Virus record (IMG/VR): IMGVR_UViG_3300011242_000002
Span: 96,001-160,000 of that record
DNA length: 64,000 nt
Source of the DNA: a virus
Lineage: Duplodnaviria; Caudoviricetes
Reading direction: 5' to 3' (one strand)
Position numbers and translations under genes: made by a program. The notes under the pieces were generated by a model. It ran no database searches. It saw only the letters and a list, made by a program, of their open reading frames with translations, and was not told the origin of the DNA. This document shows positions 1-7,913 of the stretch, piece after piece (the first letter of the stretch is position 1; every line of letters begins with the position of its first letter).

Positions 1-1019
1 ATGAAGGCGGATTTTGGCACCAGGAAGCTGACAATCCCCAGACGGTTAGCCAGGATATCGTTGGCCTTTCCACCGACCTTACCCCAGATCTTGCGCATTG
101 CGTATTCGGCTTCCGGGGTGAAGTTGTCAATCAGGCAGCGGAACAACGGAATCGCTTCCGACCCCATGGCGGTCAACGCGGTTCCCGATAACCAGATCAC
201 GTCTTCTGAGCGAGTGACCTTACAGAGCTCAATGAACTGGTTGGTACGAATCGACTCCTTTGACTTCATGTTCAGGTTGTGTGATTCATCCAGCAAGATG
301 CCGACGTTATTCAGTCCAAGCGATTTGGCCATCTCGACCGCCTGCTGTAGACGCTCGTAGTGGAAGATCATCCACTTGGTGCCTTTCGGGCAGGTGGTGT
401 TGGTGTCCGCCACCCAGGTGGTTTGCTTGCCGGTGACTAACGTCTGGAGGGTTTTCTCCCACACGTCGTAAATACCCTTCTTCGGCGCAATGATGAACAC
501 GTACTCTTTCTCGCGTGCCAACATCGCCGCAATACCGTTCAGTGTTTTCCCCGCACCTGGGTCTGCGGCCATCAACGCACCTTTGAGACGATAGCGCGGT
601 TTGGTGTGGTTGTAGTAGTTTAGGAACTCGACCTGATGCGGCTTCAACGGGTAAACAATAGGCTTGGTCTTGCGAATATCCAAGATGTCGTCCCAGGGTG
701 CGTTCAGATCCCGCATCCAGGTGTTTTCCTTGATCAGCTCAACGATACGCGCCAGCACGCGACGGCTGCAGTACTTGGTCTTGTCGTTGATCATGCTTTC
801 AAACATGTAAACCATTTCCAGCGCAAAGAAGCTGTGGAACGAAAACTCGCTTGGCTTTACGTTGTTAAACATGTACTTGGCGATCTTTGAGGTACCCCAG
901 AGTTTCTCGATGTCGAATTGAATAAATCGTGCCGGTGCGCCGGTCACGGTGATAAGACCATTTTGTTCCCGGACGCTGATAATCCCCAGCATTCCTTTTA
1001 CACGGTCAAGCATTGCCAT
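1..1019 (-). CDS. SF2 (SNF2/DExH-like) helicase, N-terminal part; runs off the window start
   Basis: Hand translation of minus strand from ATG 1019 (MAMLDRVKG...): LKPHQ motif, Walker A GALMAADPGAGKT, Walker B ILLDESHN, motif III LSGT. Absent from the ORF track because it has no stop in the window. Confidence 0.9.
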   Translation of the reverse strand, partial: MAMLDRVKGMLGIISVREQNGLITVTGAPARFIQFDIEKLWGTSKIAKYMFNNVKPSEFSFHSFFALEMVYMFESMINDKTKYCSRRVLARIVELIKENTWMRDLNAPWDDILDIRKTKPIVYPLKPHQVEFLNYYNHTKPRYRLKGALMAADPGAGKTLNGIAAMLAREKEYVFIIAPKKGIYDVWEKTLQTLVTGKQTTWVADTNTTCPKGTKWMIFHYERLQQAVEMAKSLGLNNVGILLDESHNLNMKSKESIRTNQFIELCKVTRSEDVIWLSGTALTAMGSEAIPLFRCLIDNFTPEAEYAMRKIWGKVGGKANDILANRLGIVSFLVPKSAF

Positions 1020-1075
1020 AGTGGTGCCCTTTATAATCAGTTAAATAACATACAATTTTCCAAAACATTTTGGGT

Positions 1076-1092
1076 CTATATTACGTAGGTGA
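1076..1092 (+). promoter_or_regulatory. Putative early (virion RNAP) promoter CTATATTACGTAGGTGA
   Basis: Matches the motif found at 6 intergenic sites; core resembles the phiKZ early promoter TATATTAC. Confidence 0.75.
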
Positions 1093-1140
1093 GTTTTCGA
1101 TCGAAAACAAATGTAATACTTAACTTGTGGGAATAATTAA

Positions 1141-1224
1141 ATGAACAATTCACTCGTGAACTTGATCGTGATCGTAGGCTGTTTGGCCGGCCTAACGTTG
1201 ATGTTTATCCTCAATGTAAAATGA
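1141..1224 (+). CDS. 27-aa single-TM micropeptide MNNSLVNLIVIVGCLAGLTLMFILNVK
   Basis: First ORF after early promoter; GGGAA upstream; almost wholly hydrophobic. Confidence 0.6.
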   Translation: MNNSLVNLIVIVGCLAGLTLMFILNVK

Positions 1225-1310
1225 TCATATGACGTCGTTGGACGTCAAGCAAACATCCTCAGGGGCTTTGGATGTTCACAACCAAATTATAAAGTACAAG
1301 GATTCAAACC

Positions 1311-1868
1311 ATGCTGGAAACCATTATCCGTACCGCAGTCCAACGTGCCGACACGGCCGGGAGTGCTGAAGAATATCTCATTCGTTTACGCGCCAATATC
1401 GAGTCATCGATTCGCCACCAGATTAAGCTGCACGGTGGGCGTCTAAACTTTAACGTTAATACCCGCTTCCACCTGGGGTATGATGACGTCGACGGCTTCT
1501 ACCAGGAGATCGTCACCAACGTCGTGTGCTCGGGCAATGCCAAGGAACTGGTTGAGCGTGTGCGCCTGACCGTGTTGCCGAACACCGTATTAAGCGGTCT
1601 GCGTGGTATTTTCCACCACGTGTCTCTCAAGGTAAAAGAGACCAGCGCGATCTACCTGTTTAACGATAACATCCATGACACCAAAACCGCCCTCCAGCAG
1701 GAGCTGCAATCATTCTTTGGCAACCACACAGCTATTGTCGTGCTGAACCATTCCCGTACGGGTAACTGTGCGGTTGACGTTGAACTGATTCAGGACTCGC
1801 TGAAGGGCTACGCCAAGATGTGTGAAGCCTTAGAGCGTGGATTGTCGGACGATTTCTTAATCGCGTAA
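1311..1868 (+). CDS. Hypothetical early protein
   Basis: 185-aa ORF, AAGGA RBS, followed by terminator. Confidence 0.8.
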   Translation: MLETIIRTAVQRADTAGSAEEYLIRLRANIESSIRHQIKLHGGRLNFNVNTRFHLGYDDVDGFYQEIVTNVVCSGNAKELVERVRLTVLPNTVLSGLRGIFHHVSLKVKETSAIYLFNDNIHDTKTALQQELQSFFGNHTAIVVLNHSRTGNCAVDVELIQDSLKGYAKMCEALERGLSDDFLIA

Positions 1869-1879
1869 GCTGACATCAA

Positions 1880-1910
1880 GAAGGGGGCACTGCCTCCTTC
1901 TTTTTTTTTT
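1880..1910 (+). terminator. Intrinsic terminator
   Basis: gaagggggca-c-tgcctccttc stem then T10. Confidence 0.8.
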
Positions 1911-1925
1911 GCCGAGGACCGTGCA

Positions 1926-2405
1926 GTGGACGCATTACTGTATCTGAAGTACCTGGCTGTTTTCACTACCATGAGCGGTGTCATTATCGCCATGCTAACC
2001 GTTGTCTCGCTAATGAACCCACGATCAAGACTCCCCAGCCCGATCCCTGATGAACTCAAGGATGACGTTCGCCTGCTGCTGGAAGAGATTCGCTTTGAGC
2101 TCACCACCCCGGGTAATTACCGCGCCTTTATGCAGATGGGTGGCTTTCCCTTAAAGCATCGCATGGCGTTTATGGCCAAGCATTTACGCAAATACGTTGA
2201 ACGACATGTATTAGATTACACGACCAAGTGTTCTTATGTAAGCCGTTCCATTTGGTTGCGTAAGTCGCGGGTCACCGTAGACGTTCGCGACGAATACCTG
2301 ACGATTACCGTCTATGGTATTAGTAATGTCATTATCCATTCGATCTCCTTTATGCCATCGGACTACGCGCATATGACGGAGTACTTTAAGAACAAAGTGT
2401 ATTAA
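1926..2405 (+). CDS. Hypothetical protein with N-terminal TM helix
   Basis: GAGGA RBS, GTG start, hydrophobic residues ~5-30. Confidence 0.75.
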   Translation: MDALLYLKYLAVFTTMSGVIIAMLTVVSLMNPRSRLPSPIPDELKDDVRLLLEEIRFELTTPGNYRAFMQMGGFPLKHRMAFMAKHLRKYVERHVLDYTTKCSYVSRSIWLRKSRVTVDVRDEYLTITVYGISNVIIHSISFMPSDYAHMTEYFKNKVY

Positions 2406-2416
2406 GAGGATTAAGC

Positions 2417-3565
2417 ATGTCTGGTAAGAAAAAGAATACCGCAAAAACCGCCCGTCGGGAAGCACAGAAGCTGAACCCGATTAACTGGGAACAAAACTGG
2501 ATTGAACGTATCCTCCCCGCCATCCAGGACTTTGCCAATCAGTCCGTGCGTCTGCGCTTTCAGCGCGAGATTGCCCCTGACGATCGCGCCAACTGGACCT
2601 ACGGCTCCGACGTCGATGTCCAGCACGCTGAACGTAAGGTAATTGTCACCGAGTGGTTGGTGCCGGTTGTTGGTGGTAAAGGTCTCGTGTATCTGGACGA
2701 AGTCAATGGCGTGCTGAACCCCTCCATGCGTGCGTACAAATACACCCTGCGCTACGACCACCTGCAGCAGGATGCCCGTGCCGCGTCCCAGACCGGGCGC
2801 GCTGTCAACATCGGTCGCTACTACCTGCCTGTCGTACCGGTTGTCAAAGGTGAGAAAGGGTGGGAAGCGAAGGTTGAAGAAAACGACCTGCGTGGCCAGG
2901 AGATCATCTTTAAGGCCCTGGATCGTCTGCAGGACACCAAGCGTGATCTGGAGCTCGAGTACGGCAAGGAAAACGATGACGGCAAGTACATCGGCCTGGC
3001 GCTGACCTACAACCAGGACGAGAACCTGTTGCAGCTGGTGACCCACAGCAAACATCCGCTTGACGTGATCGAGCACAAAGACGGTGAGATGAACTACATC
3101 GACCTGGCCGACATCGAGATCGACGGCCTGGCGTTGGACGACTGGGATACCCAGGCGCTGAACATCCGTTCGGCGGTGGCACGCCATGCTGCGGAAAACC
3201 GCACCTGGACCCGTGTCGTTAAACCGTCTCAGGCCGCGTATAAGCGCTTCTCTATTGAGCTGGCGGATTACATCATGTCGGTCGTAGAAGAAGTCTACAA
3301 GCGTGCCTGTGCGGCCGTACCGGCAGGCAGCAAGTTGTGGTTTGATCAGAACCCGACTACCGGTCTGCTGGAAGCCTCTCACAGCACACCTGACGAACCG
3401 GCAACGACCAAGATCGAGCTGAGTCGCGAAGATGCAGCAGCGGTACTGATGATCGCCGGACGCATTGAGCCAGATATGTGGTTCCACGTGGACTACGACT
3501 TTAAATCCCGCTTCAACGCCAAGTACGGCAACGGCCAGACCACTATCCTCGAAACCGTAGTATAA
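2417..3565 (+). CDS. Hypothetical protein (382 aa)
   Basis: GAGGA RBS, long ORF with phage-like codon usage. Confidence 0.85.
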   Translation: MSGKKKNTAKTARREAQKLNPINWEQNWIERILPAIQDFANQSVRLRFQREIAPDDRANWTYGSDVDVQHAERKVIVTEWLVPVVGGKGLVYLDEVNGVLNPSMRAYKYTLRYDHLQQDARAASQTGRAVNIGRYYLPVVPVVKGEKGWEAKVEENDLRGQEIIFKALDRLQDTKRDLELEYGKENDDGKYIGLALTYNQDENLLQLVTHSKHPLDVIEHKDGEMNYIDLADIEIDGLALDDWDTQALNIRSAVARHAAENRTWTRVVKPSQAAYKRFSIELADYIMSVVEEVYKRACAAVPAGSKLWFDQNPTTGLLEASHSTPDEPATTKIELSREDAAAVLMIAGRIEPDMWFHVDYDFKSRFNAKYGNGQTTILETVV

Positions 3566-3569
3566 GTCA

Positions 3570-3620
3570 GACATAAGCCAGGCGCTTCTCCTTAGCGGGA
3601 GAAGCCCTGGTTTTATGCCG
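3570..3620. repeat. CATAA-hairpin-TTATGCCG element (probable terminator)
   Basis: gacataagccaggcgcttctcc-ttagc-gggagaagccctggttttatgccg; member of dispersed family. Confidence 0.75.
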
Positions 3621-3657
3621 ATTTGGTGTTTGTTTTGAGTTGCAGATTATTTCAGAC

Positions 3658-3674
3658 CTATATTAAACAGGTGA
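3658..3674 (+). promoter_or_regulatory. Putative early promoter CTATATTAAACAGGTGA
   Basis: Repeated motif; ~45 bp of context shared with the 5323 copy. Confidence 0.8.
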
Positions 3675-3722
3675 ATAAGAGCAATGAACTTTGCTTTCAC
3701 ATAACCTTTTAAGGAATACATC

Positions 3723-3896
3723 ATGAACAATGAACAAAAACTCGCAGTTGCCACATTAGCCTTTGCCGTAGTCGGTTGTGTGATCGGTGGTGTGGTGGCT
3801 TACAGAACCCGCAAGATCGCTAAACGTTCACAGGCTGAGCTGAAAAGCCTTATTGAAGATACCGATGCCCGTCTGGCAGCTTACAAGAAAAACTAA
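3723..3896 (+). CDS. 57-aa single-TM protein with basic juxtamembrane segment and short coiled coil
   Basis: TAAGGA RBS; MNNEQKLAVATLAFAVVGCVIGGVVAYRTRKIAKRSQAELKSLIEDTDARLAAYKKN. Confidence 0.8.
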   Translation: MNNEQKLAVATLAFAVVGCVIGGVVAYRTRKIAKRSQAELKSLIEDTDARLAAYKKN

Positions 3897-3923
3897 TCCA
3901 CTTTACTCTCAGGAATCGAAACC

Positions 3924-4055
3924 ATGAAAATCGCTAACGTTGTTGTTGCTACCGCTGTTGTTGTTGTTATGGCTAAACTCGAAGCTTACCATAACCCGTT
4001 TGGCCCGACTGCCAAAGTCATGCGTAAACTGTCGTTCAAGAAGAAAAAGAAGTAA
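3924..4055 (+). CDS. 43-aa hydrophobic peptide with poly-Lys tail
   Basis: AGGA RBS; MKIANVVVATAVVVVMAKLEAYHNPFGPTAKVMRKLSFKKKKK. Confidence 0.75.
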   Translation: MKIANVVVATAVVVVMAKLEAYHNPFGPTAKVMRKLSFKKKKK

Positions 4056-4109
4056 TCCCTGCTGTACAAAATTGTTAACCTACCTACCTTAACCCGTTGG
4101 AGTACGATC

Positions 4110-4238
4110 ATGAAAAATATCATCGCTAAAATTGTTGTTTCCGCTGCTGTATCCGTAACCGTAACCGCGCTGTTAAACAAGTACAACCGTAAGTACAGAC
4201 CTGGTGTCGTGAGCTCCTATACCTTCATCAAGCTGTAA
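4110..4238 (+). CDS. 42-aa hydrophobic/basic peptide
   Basis: GGAG RBS; MKNIIAKIVVSAAVSVTVTALLNKYNRKYRPGVVSSYTFIKL. Confidence 0.75.
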   Translation: MKNIIAKIVVSAAVSVTVTALLNKYNRKYRPGVVSSYTFIKL

Positions 4239-4340
4239 GGGACGATCATGAACCCCTTCTGTTACCAAACCTAATACCGGGGTTCATACGAGCCTCGGCA
4301 GACCACCCACTATAATTAAACCTGCATAAGAGGCATCGCT

Positions 4341-4772
4341 ATGAACACTAATAAACTGACCTTTATCATGTCCGAAGAATTCGTATCCATGGTTCGTGAG
4401 AACCTCAACACCCTGGGTGTGAATGGCACCTGCCGCCTGGCAGAGCGCCGCTACCAGTTCCGCAACCCTAAGCTGGACGGTATCGATATCACCGTAGAAG
4501 ACATCAAACGTGCCGTTGGCATGTGCTACGGTATTGCAGTACGTAAAGATCGCCTGGTCAACATCTATACATGGATTGTTAGCAACGTACGTAACTTTGT
4601 TACGGGTGCCGTTGCCACCAAAGACACTATCGCCAACGCTTGGATGTCATATCGTCGTTATGTTACGGACAATGGTCTGGAGCGTCTGTGGGCCGGAGCC
4701 GGCATCGGACACAACAGTATTATTGAACGTGAGTTCCGTATCATATGTTCATCTGTCGCCGAAAAGATCTGA
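4341..4772 (+). CDS. Hypothetical early protein
   Basis: 143-aa ORF, GAGG RBS. Confidence 0.8.
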   Translation: MNTNKLTFIMSEEFVSMVRENLNTLGVNGTCRLAERRYQFRNPKLDGIDITVEDIKRAVGMCYGIAVRKDRLVNIYTWIVSNVRNFVTGAVATKDTIANAWMSYRRYVTDNGLERLWAGAGIGHNSIIEREFRIICSSVAEKI

Positions 4773-4782
4773 GGAAATTACA

Positions 4783-5280
4783 ATGTCTGACCTGAGTATG
4801 TTCGACTTAGTTAAATGGGCGGGATGGATGATCTGCACGACCTTCTGCCTGCTGGTGCTTCGCGCACTGTTTCGTAAACCCGCCAGTGCCCCCAGTCGTC
4901 ACTGGCGCTATCTCTCCACACCAGAACTCCTCCAGTGTGCCTTTACCACTAAGCAGATGTACCAGATTGCCGAGCGCACCGCCCGCAACCATCTGCAACG
5001 CTACGGGGTAAGTGAATGGGTTTCGTTCTATACGGCACTGTTCGAAGAATATGCCAGCGACCCCACCACCGATGGTTACACCATCACCGGCAGTATCACC
5101 GACCTGGGCGACCACCAGGTACGGATTATCTTTAACCTGACCCGCAATGGTGAAACTACCGAACACGACTACACCGTCTCGGACGTTCACCTGGCCCGGA
5201 TCACCGACGTTCTGTCACCAACCTTATTAAGTCGACTCGACTGGCATAAGAAAACCGTTAACCGTGTGAGCGAGGGGTGA
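4783..5280 (+). CDS. Hypothetical protein with N-terminal TM helix
   Basis: Start reassigned to ATG 4783 (GAGGA RBS) inside track ORF 4510..5280; WAGWMICTTFCLLVLRALF. Confidence 0.8.
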   Translation: MSDLSMFDLVKWAGWMICTTFCLLVLRALFRKPASAPSRHWRYLSTPELLQCAFTTKQMYQIAERTARNHLQRYGVSEWVSFYTALFEEYASDPTTDGYTITGSITDLGDHQVRIIFNLTRNGETTEHDYTVSDVHLARITDVLSPTLLSRLDWHKKTVNRVSEG

Positions 5281-5297
5281 CCCTCGCTTTTATGCCG
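5243..5297. repeat. GGCATAA-hairpin-TTATGCCG element
   Basis: ggcataag...agcgaggg-gtga-ccctcgct-tttatgccg. Confidence 0.7.
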
Positions 5298-5322
5298 ATT
5301 TGAGTTGCAGATAATCTTACAC

Positions 5323-5339
5323 CTATATTAACCAGGTGT
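5323..5339 (+). promoter_or_regulatory. Putative early promoter CTATATTAACCAGGTGT
   Basis: Repeated motif. Confidence 0.8.
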
Positions 5340-5373
5340 ATAAACCACTTACCCTTTTCAAGAGGAAACCTCC

Positions 5374-6054
5374 ATGACCAATCCAATGAACGCAATCCGT
5401 GACTTTAAGGCTAACCGTGCTGCGTCCGCTGATAACGTGGCTCAGTTTCGTCGTGAAGCACCCATTGCCAGCATTCATCATGCCCGTACTGATGAAGCTG
5501 AAGTTGAAGTTGTCTTTGAACCCGTGACCTGTGAGGAAAATACCATGAATACCACTACCGAAAGCACCACCGTTGATTCTCAGCCAGAGCTGGCTAATAC
5601 CACCGAAACCACCGTAAACGTTGCCACCGCTAAAGCTGAGGAAGCCGCCATGAACAATACCACCGAACAAACCCAGACCATCTCCGTGACCGACTTCGCT
5701 ACCCGTGTGAAGAACCTTAACCGCAAACGTATCGGGACCAGCGTACTGCTGAACAGCGTGGCTGCCGCATCCGTTGTGGCCGGCGCTGCAATGAACGGTC
5801 GTGACGTGAGAAACTCCGCCATCGTGGCCGGTATCATCAGCGGTGGCTGCGTGGCCATCGATGCGCTGTCCAGCCGTAAGCGCGCCCTGACTAAAGCCCT
5901 GGCTGAATCCACCGAAACCACCTATCAGGAAGCGGTAGCCGTGAATAAGAAAGAGCTGACCAAAACCGCCCTGTGGACAGCAGCAACCGGTATGCTGATC
6001 GGTGCCTTCTGGGTGAAGAAAGCCGTTGCTAACGTTACTGAATCCGCTGAATAA
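5374..6054 (+). CDS. Membrane protein: Thr/Glu-rich disordered N-terminus plus ~3 Ala/Gly-rich hydrophobic segments
   Basis: GAGGA RBS; first gene after early promoter. Confidence 0.85.
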   Translation: MTNPMNAIRDFKANRAASADNVAQFRREAPIASIHHARTDEAEVEVVFEPVTCEENTMNTTTESTTVDSQPELANTTETTVNVATAKAEEAAMNNTTEQTQTISVTDFATRVKNLNRKRIGTSVLLNSVAAASVVAGAAMNGRDVRNSAIVAGIISGGCVAIDALSSRKRALTKALAESTETTYQEAVAVNKKELTKTALWTAATGMLIGAFWVKKAVANVTESAE

Positions 6055-6064
6055 GGACGCACCC

Positions 6065-6421
6065 ATGAGCCAGGTCGAAACTATCAGTATCCCGGTAAGC
6101 GCCCGTAAGCACGTGGCCTTCACCTCTCTGGCCCGCGGTGCGGGCTTTATCAGCGCGGTAGCCCTCGGACTTACCGTGCTTAACGTCCCCAAAGAACGCG
6201 TCATCTCCGCCGCTGCCGTCATGGTGGCTACGGAGTTACTCGCTGCGGGGACCCATGCCTTTAGCGATAGCAAGGTTAATGAATCCATGACCAAAGAAGG
6301 CTTTGGCACTACTCAGGAAAAACTGGAATCCGCCGGTCAGGGACTGGGTATCGGCTTCCTCGCCATCGGCGCCTGCGTGGCCTTTATCAAACTGACGACG
6401 AAAGGAAAGGACGATGACTAA
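6065..6421 (+). CDS. Membrane protein with ~3 hydrophobic segments
   Basis: Start reassigned to ATG 6065 (TAAGGA RBS). Confidence 0.8.
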   Translation: MSQVETISIPVSARKHVAFTSLARGAGFISAVALGLTVLNVPKERVISAAAVMVATELLAAGTHAFSDSKVNESMTKEGFGTTQEKLESAGQGLGIGFLAIGACVAFIKLTTKGKDDD

Positions 6422-6602
6422 ACAAACTGAAACTGTTCGCCCGCCGCACATTAAAGTCAACTGGGCAGCACCGATCATTACCTTCACCGTGGGTGCGGTG
6501 TTGGCAGGCAGTGAAAACCGTGGCGTCAAAGCCCTCGGTGCCGGGCTGGCAGTAGCCGCGGCGCTGAACCTCTTAAACAAACTCGCAGCAATGGTGGAAT
6601 AA
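6414..6602 (+). CDS. 62-aa protein with two hydrophobic segments
   Basis: AAGGA RBS; overlaps upstream stop. Confidence 0.75.
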   Translation: MTKQTETVRPPHIKVNWAAPIITFTVGAVLAGSENRGVKALGAGLAVAAALNLLNKLAAMVE

Positions 6603-6719
6603 ATGAAAAACGGCAAATTCAAAGTTAAGCTGACTGGCGCAAAAGCGTACGCTGCGGTTATCGGTACAACCGGTGTGATCCTTGGCGCCATGGTGGTGCT
6701 GAGCCAGCTGCGTAAATAA
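6603..6719 (+). CDS. 38-aa basic N-terminus plus single-TM peptide
   Basis: MKNGKFKVKLTGAKAYAAVIGTTGVILGAMVVLSQLRK; abuts previous stop, precedes terminator. Confidence 0.7.
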   Translation: MKNGKFKVKLTGAKAYAAVIGTTGVILGAMVVLSQLRK

Positions 6720-6731
6720 TGTGTATCAACT

Positions 6732-6762
6732 GAGGGAGCTTCGGCTCCTTCTTTTTTTTTTT
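6732..6762 (+). terminator. Intrinsic terminator with UUCG loop
   Basis: gagggagc-ttcg-gctccttc then poly-T. Confidence 0.85.
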
Positions 6763-6776
6763 GTTGTAACCAGGAG

Positions 6777-7247
6777 GTGGGAATGCATGAGCTACTCGTA
6801 GCGCTCTGTGCTATCGTGAGCTTTATGGCGTTGATGATAATCACCACCCTGGCGTTTGACTGGGTGGATGAACGATTGTGTCAAAAGCAGTTGGCGGTGC
6901 TTAACGGGTTTATTGAGCGGGGCGGTCATGCCGTGGATCATACTCTCGTGGCTTTAATCATGGTCGAGCTGCGAAATCGGATGTCGATGACCGGCGAGTA
7001 CGTGGAGACCGATGACCATCGCGTACTGATTAGCATGATGGCCAGAAACATTCACGTACTTACCGTCGCGCGGGTGCGCAACCAGATGAGGATCATCAGC
7101 GTGGTGGCTGAGCAGATCAACCGCCAGTCGCTGTATTCAGCGCGCATCAACATCACTACCAACAACCGGGTGGAGCTGGTGATTCAGCTGGCTAACGAAC
7201 CGCATCTTACCTACATCAAATTCAACTCGCCCGATTCGCTTTTCTGA
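6777..7247 (+). CDS. Hypothetical protein with N-terminal TM helix
   Basis: AGGAGG RBS (start may be ATG 6783); LLVALCAIVSFMALMIITTLAF. Confidence 0.8.
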   Translation: MGMHELLVALCAIVSFMALMIITTLAFDWVDERLCQKQLAVLNGFIERGGHAVDHTLVALIMVELRNRMSMTGEYVETDDHRVLISMMARNIHVLTVARVRNQMRIISVVAEQINRQSLYSARINITTNNRVELVIQLANEPHLTYIKFNSPDSLF

Positions 7248-7248
7248 T

Positions 7249-7294
7249 CGGCATAAAGGCAGGGGTGCAACAACACCCCTGCCTGGATTATGCC
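7249..7294. repeat. CGGCATAA-hairpin-TTATGCC element between convergent genes
   Basis: cggcataaaggcaggggtg-caacaa-cacccctgcctggattatgcc. Confidence 0.75.
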
Positions 7295-7899
7295 TGCCCG
7301 GTAAGGCGCGCTTCATAGCTTTGAATGATCATGCGCAATTGTTCGTTCTCGGCGATGAGGCGCAGGTTCTCCGCATGTTCGGTCGGGCGGTTGCGAATTA
7401 CCGCCAGCCGGTTCTCTTCGTTCAGGCGGTGTTGAGTCGCCGTCACTGTGCCGGAGGAAGGAGCGATGGCGATGTTCACCGTCGGGGTCACGCCAATCAA
7501 GTCGGAGCATGCCGCCTGGATGGTATCCATCAGCTGCTGGGTCTCGTTGATCAGTGAGGTCGGTATTGCCCCAAGTGGTACGGAGAGCACCACGTAGTCG
7601 TAGCTGATCGCCGTGTCGTCCGGCATCCGGGTGATGTACGTGGTCGGCACGTACACCGTAGGCTGACCGGGGGCGGTCAGGGAGACGATCTTTGCCAGGG
7701 CCAGGACGTCCGCATCGTACGCCGCCTTATCCAGCCCCACGGGGGCATAGACCTGGGCGACCACGTCGACGTTGAGCTTGAGCATCTCGTCAAAGGTACG
7801 GATTGCTTCCACCATGTAGATGGTATTAGCGGTAACCTTAAACGGCTCTGCCAGCGTCCACAATCCCCGCAGTGACATAGGAGGAATAATGTTAGCCAT
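7288..7899 (-). CDS. Conserved phiKZ-like protein, probably virion structural
   Basis: 203-aa ORF, GGAGG RBS, in core block next to RNase H. Confidence 0.7.
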   Translation of the reverse strand: MANIIPPMSLRGLWTLAEPFKVTANTIYMVEAIRTFDEMLKLNVDVVAQVYAPVGLDKAAYDADVLALAKIVSLTAPGQPTVYVPTTYITRMPDDTAISYDYVVLSVPLGAIPTSLINETQQLMDTIQAACSDLIGVTPTVNIAIAPSSGTVTATQHRLNEENRLAVIRNRPTEHAENLRLIAENEQLRMIIQSYEARLTGQA

Positions 7900-7913
7900 T
7901 TAGGATACCCTCC

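Noticed and set aside
1-890. Plus-strand ORFs 1..360 and 636..890
   Set aside because: Antisense to the minus-strand helicase, which has clear SF2 motifs
2411-3574. Long antisense ORFs mirroring real genes (also 5323..6309, 8259..9152, 27358..28422, 39701..40543, 44528..45406, 57690..58559)
   Set aside because: Shadow frames expected from GC-rich codon bias; no RBS, no recognisable motifs, and fully overlapping better-supported genes
4510-4782. Extended 5' ends given by the ORF track (4510, 6026, 13950, 19313, 36426, 40528, 41991, 47642, 63593)
   Set aside because: They overlap upstream genes or terminators, or lack an RBS; downstream ATGs fit better, most with a clear RBS
1926-7247. Possible paralogy among the N-terminal-TM proteins 1926, 4783 and 6777
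   Set aside because: Similar size and layout, but no convincing shared motif by eye; needs profile-profile alignment
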